A stretch of 64,000 bases of DNA from Octopus bimaculoides. Lineage: Eukaryota. The stretch is taken from positions 10,550,811 to 10,614,810 of the forward strand of contig NC_068993.1 in NCBI RefSeq assembly GCF_001194135.2, given 5' to 3'. Every line of letters begins with the position of its first letter. Within the stretch, counting starts at the first letter, position 1. Shown here in pieces: positions 12,444-24,062 of this stretch. Made by a program: the position numbers and the translations under genes. Below the pieces are notes generated by a model, which saw nothing but the letters and a program-made list of their open reading frames with translations, was not told the origin of the DNA and made no database searches.

Positions 12444-12464
12444 TTGGATGTCATGCTAAATTAG
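12444..12464 (+). CDS. Candidate terminal exon (plus model, exon 3)
   Basis: gtcattttacag|TTG GAT GTC ATG CTA AAT TAG = LDVMLN*, phase 0. Confidence 0.2.
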   Translation: MDVMLN

Positions 12465-13131
12465 GAGTAAAGATTAACATAAACGAAGTTGATTGTCCAT
12501 ACAATGGTTTCAAATTTCGCTACAAGGGCAACGATATTGTGGGGAGGGGGATGAGTTGATTATATCAACCCCAGGATGATCTGCTGAGCCCCAGGGATGC
12601 ATCATGCTCCATGTTAACTTCAGTATGGTCTCTATGGCCTGATGCCCTTCCTTACACCAACCACATTACTATATGCATAAAACATGTAATTATGACTGAT
12701 GTTATTCAAACACACAACCTTCTAATCTGGAATGTATGCAGAAAAAGCAATCAGCTTCTTATTTGTCAAATTTCTCCAATACAAATTAGAAGTTAACTAA
12801 TTTAAAGAACAAAGCTACTTTAATGAAATTTGGGCAGCAACAACTATAGAATTTTTTTTTTTTTTTTGTTACTGTTTGCAAACTAAATTTAGAGAGCATG
12901 TACGAAGTAATTTCTTTCTTTCTTTCTTACCCAACATGTGAGGGTATGGATGGCTGAGCTGATATGTGTTTATGGTGTAGTGTGATTATCCTCACTGGGC
13001 CAAGAGGGAGAGGCGCTGGCTATAGCCTTTACAGGTTATGTTTGTTGATAGGATACAGGTCATCGACCAGTGAAGAGGTCAATGGTCTGTGTCTTGTCAA
13101 TGACATTGATGTGTACATTTATGGTCAAGTG

Positions 13132-13425
13132 CAGTGGTTCTCAACTGAGGTCCACATGATCCCTGGGGAACCATGTAAGATTTTTGGGATTCATGCAAGC
13201 ACTATAGTAAACTGGAGATCTACAATAGTATATTAAAGGTCCATGAAAAAATTTTACTTTAGATATATCTATTGCAAGTAACAGCTAGGTTTCTTTCTCT
13301 GACATTTTACATAGTTCAGCTTACACAAGTTAATATATGATAAAAAAAATAGGAATTTTGAAAGAAGTATCTATAAAACTAGCTTTTAGACATCAAATGG
13401 CTATGGGGGTTCACCAGAATAAAAT
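13132..13425 (+). mobile_element. hAT-like MITE, left part
   Basis: Begins cagtggttctcaac, a typical hAT/Charlie terminus. Right terminus not found. Confidence 0.5.
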
Positions 13426-13427
13426 TG

Positions 13428-13640
13428 TAAACTGGCCATATCTGGCTCAAACATTCTACCTGGTTCATGTTCAAACTAGCCAGATCCAGCCCCTCACAAC
13501 TACTCTGCAATGTTATTCTAAAAATAAACAATCACATTATCAAAATCTCAAAGCTGTCAGCTAATACAGGATTAATTCAGAACAATGTGGATAAATAAGC
13601 ATCACATTTGACAGGGTAATTGGTTATGTTAATGAGTTAA
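13428..13640. mobile_element. piggyBac-like MITE (same family as 4418-4640)
   Basis: ctggccatattctggctcaaacattctacctgg...ttatgttaatgag-TTAA. Confidence 0.65.
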
Positions 13641-15474
13641 AGGAAATTTTGAAGGACATTTTAAATCTAGATCACTTAATAACAAGAAGTTTGTATCATA
13701 GAACCAGTGGTAGTCTTGGACAGATGAATATTAAAAGGTTTAATGACATAATATGAAATCTTATAGGTGTAAATGTGTGTCATAAAATTTCATTGAGGTG
13801 CTCGCAACCAGCTGCATCTTATCTGCATGGGAGAGGGAGAGTCTTCTAAATTTATAAGTATAGATTTAACTGTTTTTTTTTTTATATATATATTTACAGT
13901 GGGTGTGGTCTTAAGAATATATACGAAAGAGAAAGCAAAAGAAAAAGGAGTGAGAAAGCTAAACGAGAAAGGACATATGAAGAGATAATGATAGAAAGAA
14001 AGAATGACTGCGAAGGAGAGGAATAAGTAAGAGGTCTATGACCTTCACAACTGTATATTTTGTTGCATCTGTGTTTGTATGAATCTCTGAAAGGTAAGAG
14101 CATAAGGACACCAACTTTAAAACTATGACAATTCTTCTTCAAGCAGCTGCAACCAAAATAGATGTAATTACATTTTGATCTGGAAGGAAAAGAAAATGGT
14201 TTTCCAAATTTTTTTAAATTTCAAAATTGTGTATGTGTGTATTGAATGTGCTTAAATAAATAANNNNNNNNNNNNNNNNNNNNNNNNNNNNNNNNNNNNN
14301 NNNNNNNNNNNNNNNNNNNNNNNNNNNNNNNNNNNNNNNNNNNNNNNNNNNNNNNNNNNNNNNNNNNNNNNNNNNNNNNNNNNNNNNNNNNNNNNNNNNN
14401 NNNNNNNNNNNNNNNNNNNNNNNNNNNNNNNNNNNNNNNNNNNNNNNNNNNNNNNNNNNNNNNNNNNNNNNNNNNNNNNNNNNNNNNNNNNNNNNNNNNN
14501 NNNNNNNNNNNNNNNNNNNNNNNNNNNNNNNNNNNNNNNNNNNNNNNNNNNNNNNNNNNNNNNNNNNNNNNNNNNNNNNNNNNNNNNNNNNNNNNNNNNN
14601 NNNNNNNNNNNNNNNNNNNNNNNNNNNNNNNNNNNNNNNNNNNNNNNNNNNNNNNNNNNNNNNNNNNNNNNNNNNNNNNNNNNNNNNNNNNNNNNNNNNN
14701 NNNNNNNNNNNNNNNNNNNNNNNNNNNNNNNNNNNNNNNNNNNNNNNNNNNNNNNNNNNNNNNNNNNNNNNNNNNNNNNNNNNNNNNNNNNNNNNNNNNN
14801 NNNNNNNNNNNNNNNNNNNNNNNNNNNNNNNNNNNNNNNNNNNNNNNATTTATTGTGCTTTTAATTATTAATTTTTCTATATGTGATAGTGGATTTTCAT
14901 CGATGAGTTCTTGAAACTTGGTTATTTTCCCTAAAACTATATATTTTATCTATAAAGCTTAATTTAATTTGAATTTTTTATAAATTGCTTTTAATTGAGT
15001 TTTTACCTGTAATTTTGGATTTTGTCCCTAATATTATATATATATATATATCAATATATATATATATATCAATATATATATATATATATTTAAAACTGAC
15101 AAAAACAAAACTAAACTCTTACTCATCTCTACTACACAAACCAGATGCTGTCCTTTTAGCCATCTACTACATTACCACTATATTTATCAAACGTGTGTGT
15201 GTGTCCTTGTCTAGACATCACATGCAAATGCCTGGCTTTTGAAAGGCCTGTCAGCTCATAGTTACCCTGTACCCTAGAACTAACTACCTTTGAAGTTACC
15301 CTGTTTCTACAGATCCTAGGTTAGGAGTTTTTCTGCTAAGATGCGGCTTAAGGCAGATTTGGGTGCCATTTTCTCACAGGTCAATCAACCACATAAAAGC
15401 TATTTCATTGGTTCACAACAGAATGAAGAACAGAACATAATAGTCTAATATAAGACAACATAATTGATATTTAC

Positions 15475-15747
15475 AGTTCTATATTTAAGAGATGAGGAAT
15501 TCTGTACATTATTTACATTCAACGGATATTTGTCCTCATCTTGTTCGTTGTTAACACAACGTTCCGGCTGATATACCCTCCAGCCTTCTTCAGGTGTCTT
15601 GGGGAAATTTCGAACCTGGGTTCTCATTCCTAAGGTATTTTTCGATGTTATTATTATTATTATTAATGTTCAGGTCAATCCTTGGAATCAAACTCGGAAT
15701 CTTGGGGTTAGTAGCCCACGTTCTTAACCACTATGCCATATGCCTGT
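15475..15747 (-). mobile_element. tRNA-headed SINE-like element with a hammerhead fold in its 3' half
   Basis: Head tggcatagtgg (A box)...gagtttgattcc (B box), internal (TAA)n, hammerhead-like segment, ends aaatatagaactg with no poly(A). Second copy at 54701-55224. Confidence 0.8.
15553..15598 (-). ncRNA. Minimal type I hammerhead ribozyme motif (A13>G in this copy)
   Basis: GACAC CUGAAGA A GGCUG-(10 nt)-CAGCC GGA ACGU U GUGUU: stem I 5 bp, stem II 5 bp, palindromic stem III. Confidence 0.65.
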
Positions 15748-15764
15748 AATTGATATTTAATCAT

Positions 15765-15940
15765 TATTATCATCACCATCTAACATCTGTTTTTCCATGC
15801 TGGTATGGGTTGAACTGTTTGACAAACTGTGTCAAACTCCTACTGTCAGCTTTGGCATGGTTTCTATGGCTGGATGCCCTTCCTAATGCCAACCACTTTA
15901 GAGAGGGTACTGGGTGCTTTTTACATAGCATCAGCACCTG
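15765..15940 (-). mobile_element. RTE-LINE 3' terminal fragment (diverged)
   Basis: tttccatgctggtatgggttg...ggatgcccttcctaatgccaaccac...gggtgctttttac. Confidence 0.75.
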
Positions 15941-16339
15941 ATGATTTCATATCTCTCTCCCTCTCTCTCTCTTAATTTGTTTAATAATTTGGTAACAAAA
16001 TTAAGCCAACTTCCATTATTTTGTACATTTATATATATTTATTTGCTTGTTTATCTTAAATATCAATGTGAATAACAAAGAATAAATTATAATATGCAAA
16101 AAAGGAAAACAAATAAAAATAAGCAAAAATTATAATTAAATAAATTACAAAATAAAACTGTAGGAATTTTTGTTAAAAGGAATAAAAATAAAATTAAAAA
16201 ATTCCATCTCATTTCACAAAATAATTTTTAGATTATCAACTTTAAAAAAAAACAAAAACCTCTCTGTAAACAATATTTGTGGTGATGGCTTTTGTGGAAT
16301 GGAAACGGTAAATCAAAATGCCAAACGTTTAACATTTTA

Positions 16340-16630
16340 GCTGATGATGATGATGATGATGGGACATATGATGATAATGAAGAGAGGGGTGATCATGATG
16401 ATGAGAGAATGATGACAATGATTTTGCTGTTGATGATGATGATGAAGAGAATGATGACAGAATGATGACAATGTTGATTTTGTTGCTGATGACAACAATG
16501 ATTATGATGATGGTGATGATGATGATGGGGAGATAACAATGACGATGTTGGTTTTGATACTGATGACAACAATGATGACAAGGGATTGATGATGAGAATG
16601 AAGATGACGATGATGATGATGATGATGTGT
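16340..16630. repeat. Degenerate (GAT)n low-complexity tract
   Basis: Visible. Confidence 0.9.
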
Positions 16631-16654
16631 TGTAAGTAATATTATCATTGTTGT

Positions 16655-16895
16655 TTGGCTCTAGGTCAGCACTGATTATGGAAAGTTGGTCAGATCTCTG
16701 GCCAATGGTATTCCAACCATGGCTATTGTTCAGCCCCACACATATATATATACATATACTTAAATGCACTACGGCCATGACCATCCCATCTAATTTTTAG
16801 ACAAATTATAGTCAAGGACAACATATTTTCAAAACACTAGACTGTGATTTCAGGGAGATTTGGCTACCATTTCTAAGAGGTCAAACACTCCCTCA
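16655..16895 (+). mobile_element. Interspersed repeat family E
   Basis: ggctctaggtcagcactgat...catgaccatcccatc...gggagatttggctaccatttct, matches the copies at 44365-45432. Confidence 0.6.
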
Positions 16896-17534
16896 CACTT
16901 CCATGTGCTTAGTTTGAAGAATAATTTTATCATTACTTAAGCTCAATGTTTTCATGACAATATTTCTAAAGCATACTATTCATGCATCTAAATTAATTTT
17001 GAAAATAACCAAAAATTTGGAACGATTTAATGAAAGAACCTTTTCATTATTGTAGCTGGCAATTTGGGAGTATAACTCAACAAAAGACCCTCACATAAAA
17101 TTTTGATGGATGGTTTTAATCTAAAAATGACTCTAGGGTACCATGGCCCTTTTTAACTATTTCACAAAAAGTTAAAATAATAGAATAACAAAATGACACA
17201 ATTACACAGAGTAATTAACAAAGCTAGTTAAAATTAAACAAGTTATGCTAATTAGATTGTCTGTATAGTAATGAACATCTAGATTAATGATAAAGTTTTG
17301 ACATGAATCCCTGAAGACATGTTGCTTTTGTCAGTTTTATCACTGCAGTCATTTTCTTCATTTCTTTCCTCAGAATATAATAAAAGTTATTTTTACATCA
17401 CTACTGCTGTTCCCAGCATTATCAATAACCTGATCACTATTAGTGTTATCAATCATGTCACTCATCCTCCTATAAAATTATTAAAAATTACTAAAAAAAA
17501 AAAAAAATGCCAAAAACTGACAGGAAACTTCTGA

Positions 17535-17990
17535 AAACTATACCTGTTAACTGTATGATGTAATCTGCAACATGATTGGTTTGTGATGAAGTTGCTAACC
17601 AATCAAGAAGAGGGTTACATTTGTCGGCTGATATATTAGTGATTGTAGTCGTTTTTTGCTACATCACTGAGTTTAATATATTACTATAAGGGCTAAATTA
17701 AGGATTTTGTGTTAAAGACTAGAAACAGTTGCAGATGGGTTGATATTGAAATGGTTAAAGAACATCAAAATACAAATCAGAATCTTGAAATACCTGGCTG
17801 TGATCCTCTAATAAGCGAAGAACATATTCAATGATATCATTTGGTACACCAGAAAACTACCCGTTGAAATGTACACAATGGGGTTCACTTCAATTTGAAG
17901 GATAATGAGTGAGGAAGGCTGGCTCCTGAACAGACACAGTAAAATGAGCCATTATAGGATTAGAAAGAGATGTTTGGAAAAGTGAAGGGA
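17535..17990 (+). pseudogene. Possible pogo/Tigger-like transposase remnant
   Basis: Eroded frames TIPVNCMM*SAT*LVCDEV and LEIPGCDPLISEEHIQ resemble the end of the pogo DDE region and its acidic tail. Many stops. Confidence 0.3.
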
Positions 17991-18904
17991 AGTCTAAGTG
18001 TAGGTGGGGAAATATAATCCAATTTCACAAAATAATTTTTAGATTACTAATTTTGAAACCTTTCCACTAAATAACAATACACTTCTAATATAGCTTTAGT
18101 ATAATGAAAATGGTAAAATGAAATGTCAAATTTTTAACATTTTAGTTTATCGAAATTCAGATGGTAATGAGAATTGGGAAGATGCGGTAGTGAAGAAAAT
18201 GCCAAATTTTTCATACTTTCATTTCTAACAACAACAACAGCAGAAGACTACAACAATAGGAAAAACAGGATGATCAAAGGAGATAAAAGCATAAATAGAA
18301 GAGGAATCCAAGCAGATAAAAACAATGGTGAGAATGGGGAAGAAAAGGAACTGGTATTGCATGAATAATTAATTTATGAGAAGAACTGAAAGTGAAGACA
18401 TAACACAAGAGCTGTGAATTTGAAGACAGAACTTTAAATCATAAAATGTAACATTAAACAGAAGAGAGCAAGAATTGGTTAAAAAATGGACAAGTTTATA
18501 AAAGACAAATAGAATCTTTGATCATGGATGAGAAAGCAGCTGGAGATAAATATTGTATTGCCACTGCAAAAGTAAAAATTGCCAAAAGTTAACAAAATAG
18601 CCAAATTCAAATATCTAGCAGAGTAAACAGATGAAAGCGTTATACATTTAGAACTAATAAACTCACTCACTATATTGAGGAAACTTTTGTACAAATGATA
18701 TGCTTCTGGTTGATCTGAATATGGAAAATGTAGGGACACCCACAAAAATTGGCAACATATAGATCTATGAATGTGGAGTATTAGCAAAAAGTGAAATGTT
18801 GTACTTCACTGAGTCACTCCACATCCCAGTGCTGCTGCACGTGTTGTGTAGTTACTAATGTTTCATAAATTTCACAGTCCAAAGCATAGAAATAAATAAA
18901 CTTT

Positions 18905-19270
18905 TTATCTTTTACTTGCTTCAGTCATTAGACTGTGGCCATGCTGGGGAACTGCCTTGAAGAATTTTTAGTCACATCTATTAACCCCCATACTTACTGT
19001 CAGTCTCTTTTGCCAAACCACTAAGTTACAGGATGTAAACACATCAACACCAGTTGCCAAGCAGTGGTGGGGGACATACACAAACACAAAGACACACATA
19101 TATATACATATGACAGGCTTCTTTCAGTTTCCGTCGACCAAACTTACTCACAAGGCTTTGGTTGGCCTGAGATTATAGTAGAAGACACTTGCCCAAGGTT
19201 CCACACAGCAGGACTGAACCCTGAGCCATGTGGTTGAGGAGCAAGTTTCTTACTACACTTCCATATCCAC
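18905..19270 (-). mobile_element. SINE family A, near full length
   Basis: tttacttgcttcagtcattagactgtggccatgctgg...gaagacacttgcccaagg...ctactacacttccatatcc. Confidence 0.85.
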
Positions 19271-19399
19271 AATTATAAATAGATAAATAACATGATGGAT
19301 GATGTCACAGAAGCAATGTAACCCAGAACAAACAGACATCATCACAGAATACTTTTGGCTAAAGGTAAACATGGCTACATGATTTTGATCACAGGGTAA

Positions 19400-19690
19400 A
19401 GGAGTAACGATCCCCTTCAGTCATGAATGACCATGGGATTGCATCTAGAAACCTCCAATTTGAGTCTGGGTAAATTTGTTTATGAAAGACCAGCAGTCAC
19501 CCATGCATATCAGCCTCCCCTCTCCACGCCACCGTTGTTATCCAAGGGAAAGGCAAAGGGGCCGATACAGCTTGGCACCAGTGACGTCGCAACTCATTTT
19601 TACAGCTGAGTGAACTGGAGCAACGGGAAATAAAATCTCTTGCTCAAGAACCCAACACACAGCCCAGTCCAGGTATTGAACTCATTATGA
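19400..19690 (-). mobile_element. tRNA-derived SINE (family D-type head, different body)
   Basis: Reverse strand gagttcaatacctggactggg...ttgagcaagagattttatttcccgttgctccagttcactcagctg. Confidence 0.7.
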
Positions 19691-21174
19691 TTTTGATCGT
19701 AGCACAACTCAATCATGGCTGTTAACCTGGGGCTAAAAAACAACAACAAAACATCTGATTTCAAATAAAGTAAGGGTCTTGTATATGCTGTATAGTGAGT
19801 TGGAAATCTTCAATGAAAAGAGACTATTTTCATGCAATTTAGAAGATTCCTTTTGATTCTCTTAGAAACGGTTNNNNNNNNNNNNNNNNNNNNNNNNNNN
19901 NNNNNNNNNNNNNNNNNNNNNNNNNNNNNNNNNNNNNNNNNNNNNNNNNNNNNNNNNNNNNNNNNNNNNNNNNNNNNNNNNNNNNNNNNNNNNNNNNNNN
20001 NNNNNNNNNNNNNNNNNNNNNNNNNNNNNNNNNNNNNNNNNNNNNNNNNNNNNNNNNNNNNNNNNNNNNNNNNNNNNNNNNNNNNNNNNNNNNNNNNNNN
20101 NNNNNNNNNNNNNNNNNNNNNNNNNNNNNNNNNNNNNNNNNNNNNNNNNNNNNNNNNNNNNNNNNNNNNNTTTTTTTTCTTTTTGATAAAGGAATTTTAT
20201 AAACATTTGAATCAAAATAAAATGAAAGTGAAAAAAAAAAAAAGTTGAAATTCAGATTGTTTTGATTTATATCTTTTCTTTTTTAAATTTAAATTTCAGT
20301 GTATTATTTTGTTGGTTTGTTTAATTCTGTTTTTCAACTCTGTGTCTTTCAGTAACCAAGAGTTACAACTACTACTGTTGACAGTGTTTGGGACCTCTTA
20401 ACAAAACCTCTGTAACTCTGACCCACTTACTGGAACCCTAGTTAATTTTGGTCAAAAATTAGTACCCCTTGGGGGACAGGAGATAGGGGAAATGGGGGAA
20501 GGGAAGGTAGGCAAAGGCTGTAAAGGTTGGGTAGGTTGAAGGGTGACTGTAGGAAGCGATGAATACAGGGGTGGGGATAGCCAATGGTGCATGCGCTAGG
20601 AAAGGTAAAGAGATAGATTTATACACACACACGCACACACATACATACATGTGGCAGGTGGATAGCAGAATAAATACAGTATCAGAAAAAATACTTTTGC
20701 AAAATTTAGTTATGTTCCTTTGGATTAAGAGTTAATATGTAGTCCAGTTCCGTTTAACCATTCTGAGATTGGTAAAATCCATAGCAGTCAATAAAATGAA
20801 TACTGAACTCTGTGTAATTGACTATATACTGCAGCAAATTACAAAGTTTAAATCATGACATAGCATAACTATAACTCTGTTCATGTGAGAAGCCAAGTTA
20901 TTGGCCAATCAGCAGCCATACTTCATGTGATAGATCAATCTAGATCCTTCTGGAACGTTTCTCTACAAAGGTTATACAAAGACTTGTTTTAGTGCCAACT
21001 TTCATAGTGTGCAGCAATCTGCAGACCTACAACTCACTCTCCTGCCATTTATAATAGTTATTATCATGACTATCTGCTCAACCTGGATATGTCGATATAG
21101 TTGGCCGATATGAGTTTACCATGTATATTTTCTCCCGTCTTGACAAATCTCAGTATAGAGCTTTTGTAATCAAC

Positions 21175-21383
21175 TAAGTGGGGGTGCTGAAAAGTTCATG
21201 GCTCTGGGTAAAAGAAAATACAGGAATATCAGTTAATTATGATTTTATTGAACATATTCCCCTCTCAGATTTGTGGTGGTTCTTCAGCTTTTCTAAGCCC
21301 TGTAAAAGAACTCAGAAGGTTAGTCCTCCAACCAAGCCTTTCACAATACCCTTAAAGCCAGGAACTTTTTGGCACCCCTCGTA
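21175..21383. mobile_element. Mariner-type MITE, flanked by a 54-bp direct repeat
   Basis: ggggtgctgaaaagttc...ggaactttttggcacccctcgta, internal sequence shared with 1435-1655. Confidence 0.85.
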
Positions 21384-22344
21384 TATTTTCTCCTGCCTTG
21401 ACAAACCTCAGTACAGAGCTTTTGTAATCAACTATTTACGAACACCACTGAATTATTCCTTCAATTGTGTTCACCTGTTGTGGAACTTTATAGTCCAGGT
21501 CCAACCTCAATATTATGTGTGTGGCAGAATACAAGTTACTCTTTTACTCTTTTACTTGTTTCAGTCATTTGACTGTGGCCATGCTGGAGCACCGCCTTTT
21601 AGTCGAACAAATGTTTGCTTGATGTTGTTATATCACTCATACACAACCTCACACGCATACCCTCCTAAGTAACAGCACAACTGAAGGAAGTGCCTCATTA
21701 TGGCACAATTCAAAAACTGAAACTAATGAAAGAAATAAAAAACTGGAATGGAACTCTTCACTTTCTTATCTGTGGTTGCTCTATCTGAATGACACTAAAA
21801 TGTTGCCAAACTTTAAAAATAAAATAATTTATAGAAATCCATAATAAACAGTCACATACTTCATATAAAAGTAAACGAAATAACAAACAAAGTTAAATTT
21901 AATTGCTGCCAAATGGTTGTAGTTATTTGGGTTTAGGTGTGGGCTACAATAAAATAAAATGCAATGCTAAAGATAATAATAATAATAATAATAATGATAA
22001 TAATAATAATGATGAAGATAATAATTATGAATGTTAAATTATGATGATGATTATATACACCCAAAAATGCTTTCTTTTTTGTTTTTTTCTGTTTACATAC
22101 GATTTTCTATATTGGCAGAAATCTACCATTTTTGACAGAGAATGGTGTAGTTGATTGAATGAAATCAAACAAATGACAAGAAATCCATATCTCTTTTTCA
22201 TCAGGGAAGAATTAACAGATAAAAGAGACACCCCCATCACTACCATTCTAGGGAGTGGGGGAATCTTCCATAGTCCTGGCCAGACCAAAGCCCTGTGAGT
22301 GAATTTCATAGATGGGAACTGAAAGAAGCCTATCATAAAAGTGC

Positions 22345-22560
22345 TTGTGCAGTGTCACGTAAAAGTGCCTGTGTGGTATCATGGAAAAACACCCAGTGTC
22401 ACGTAAAATCACTCAGCACACTCTGTAAAGTGGTTGGCATTAGGAAGGGCATCCAACCATAGAAACCATGCAAAAACAGACTGGAGTCTGGTGCAGCTCC
22501 TCATCTCTTGTAAATGATCCAACCCATTCCAGCACAGACAATAGTTGTTAGATGATGATG
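22345..22560 (+). mobile_element. RTE-type 3' fragment (diverged)
   Basis: gtcacgtaaaa short units, then gtggttggcattaggaagggcatcc...(gat)n. Confidence 0.7.
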
Positions 22561-22798
22561 ATTTTTTATATATATATAAGTACTGTTGTTTCTGTGAAAA
22601 ATCATGACCAACCATTAAGCAGTGCAGTTCGTGTCTGAAGAATAAGGGTAAATATTACTTTGTCTGGAAACAGATAATTGTTGGCAACATGAAGAGTATC
22701 TGGCCATAGAAAATCTTCTTCAATAAATTTCATGTGACCAATGGAAGCATGGAAAAATTGAGGTTAAGATAATGATGATATACATGTCTATATATATT

Positions 22799-23011
22799 TA
22801 TAGTGTGTCTGTAAAGTTTTCTTCACTCATCTGACTGGAGTATCGATTAGATATGTGCAGGGCAACAAATGGAAGCTACACAGAACTGTACTAATCTGTA
22901 CGTAAACTTTATTAGTTGGTCTCTTACTCAACATGGATGTGAAATGTGTAATGTTGCAAGTTAAATCAATAAAGTTCTGAAATTCCACCGTGACTTTACG
23001 AACACATTGTA
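22799..23011. mobile_element. Tc1/mariner-type MITE (~210 bp)
   Basis: TA-tagtgtgtctgtaaagt ... gactttacgaacacattg-TA terminal inverted repeats. Confidence 0.7.
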
Positions 23012-23188
23012 TGTACATGTATATGTGTGTTTGTGAGCACGGCTGTGTGGTTTGGGAGCTTGTTTCTTAATTATGGCTGAGAGTCTAGTCCCAATGTGCA
23101 ACACCAAAGGTGTCACACATGCTGATTAATGCCTTGCAAGTGAATTTGATAGATGGAAAGCATAAAAAGCCCATCGTATGTATGTATG

Positions 23189-23222
<34 letters not shown>

Positions 23223-23254
23223 TATATACATAAACACACATATACATATATATA

Positions 23255-23294
<40 letters not shown>

Positions 23295-23495
23295 GAGAAT
23301 ATACAAATAATAACAACAGGCGAGGACAGGTGGTGTAAATAACAAAAGTATATATTANNNNNNNNNNNNNNNNNNNNNNNNNNNNNNNNNNNNNNNNNNN
23401 NNNNNNNNNNNNNNNNNNNNNNNNNNNNNNNNNNNNNNNNNNNNNNNNNNNNNNNNNNNNNNNNNNNNNNNNNNNNNNNNNNNNNNNNNNNNNNN

Positions 23496-23532
23496 TCTTT
23501 GACGTTTCGAGCTACGCTCTTCAACAGAAAGA
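23496..23532 (-). ncRNA. Minimal type I hammerhead ribozyme motif (CUGUUGA core variant)
   Basis: UCUUU CUGUUGA A GAGC GUA GCUC GAA ACGU C AAAGA: all stems pair perfectly, GUC cleavage triplet. Confidence 0.7.
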
Positions 23533-23914
23533 ATACGGAGACAAGGAGAAAAACACGGAGAAAAAAAATTGAATAGTGTTCAGTCAACGGTCAATCATAA
23601 TAATGGCCGATCATAACAATGACTGACCGGAAGTTAGAAATTCTTATTTCAGGAGAGCTAAGAAAGGGGGAGATAACAAACGGTGATCGGGAATGAGGGG
23701 CTGTGTGTGGGAGGTAGAATGCTGGTGATCTTGACGTATGTAGTGTGAAAATGGGGAAGGGAGTATATATATATATATATATATATGTGATGGGGTGGCG
23801 TATATCGCTTTGGCTTGGCATCATGTGCTGGTTGTATCTGAGTGTTGCCAACATACAAATAATATAGTTCATTTCCAATATTCCATGAAAAAAAAAAAAA
23901 AAAACTATCGAGCC

Positions 23915-24062
23915 ATGGGGAAATATTACCATGCTTGGAAACAGGCAAGTGTTGACAACAGGTAAAACATCCAGCCCAAGAAAATCTGTTTCAACAAATT
24001 CCATCTGACCCATGTAAGCATGGAAAAATGGACATTAAACTAGTTGTGACAATGATGATGAC
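23915..24062 (+). mobile_element. SINE 3' portion with RTE-type tail
   Basis: ggggaaatattacc...ggaaacagg...aaaatctgtttcaacaaattccatctgacccatgtaagcatggaaaaatggacattaaa...gatgatg. Related pieces at 22640-22780, 27090-27150, 41260-41385, 63925-64000. Confidence 0.7.

Noticed and set aside
18480-18800. Possible LINE remnant (KVNKIAKFKYL...YG)
   Set aside because: One short motif among many stops; too weak to call.
20353-20441. Possible exon TKSYNYYC*QCLGPLNK with in-frame TGA (selenocysteine idea)
   Set aside because: Good acceptor but no convincing donor, a second stop follows, and no SECIS or selenoprotein similarity is visible.
20853-21070. Weak inverted ends tcatgacatagcataact / atagttattatcatga
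   Set aside because: Short and imperfect, with no second copy in the window.
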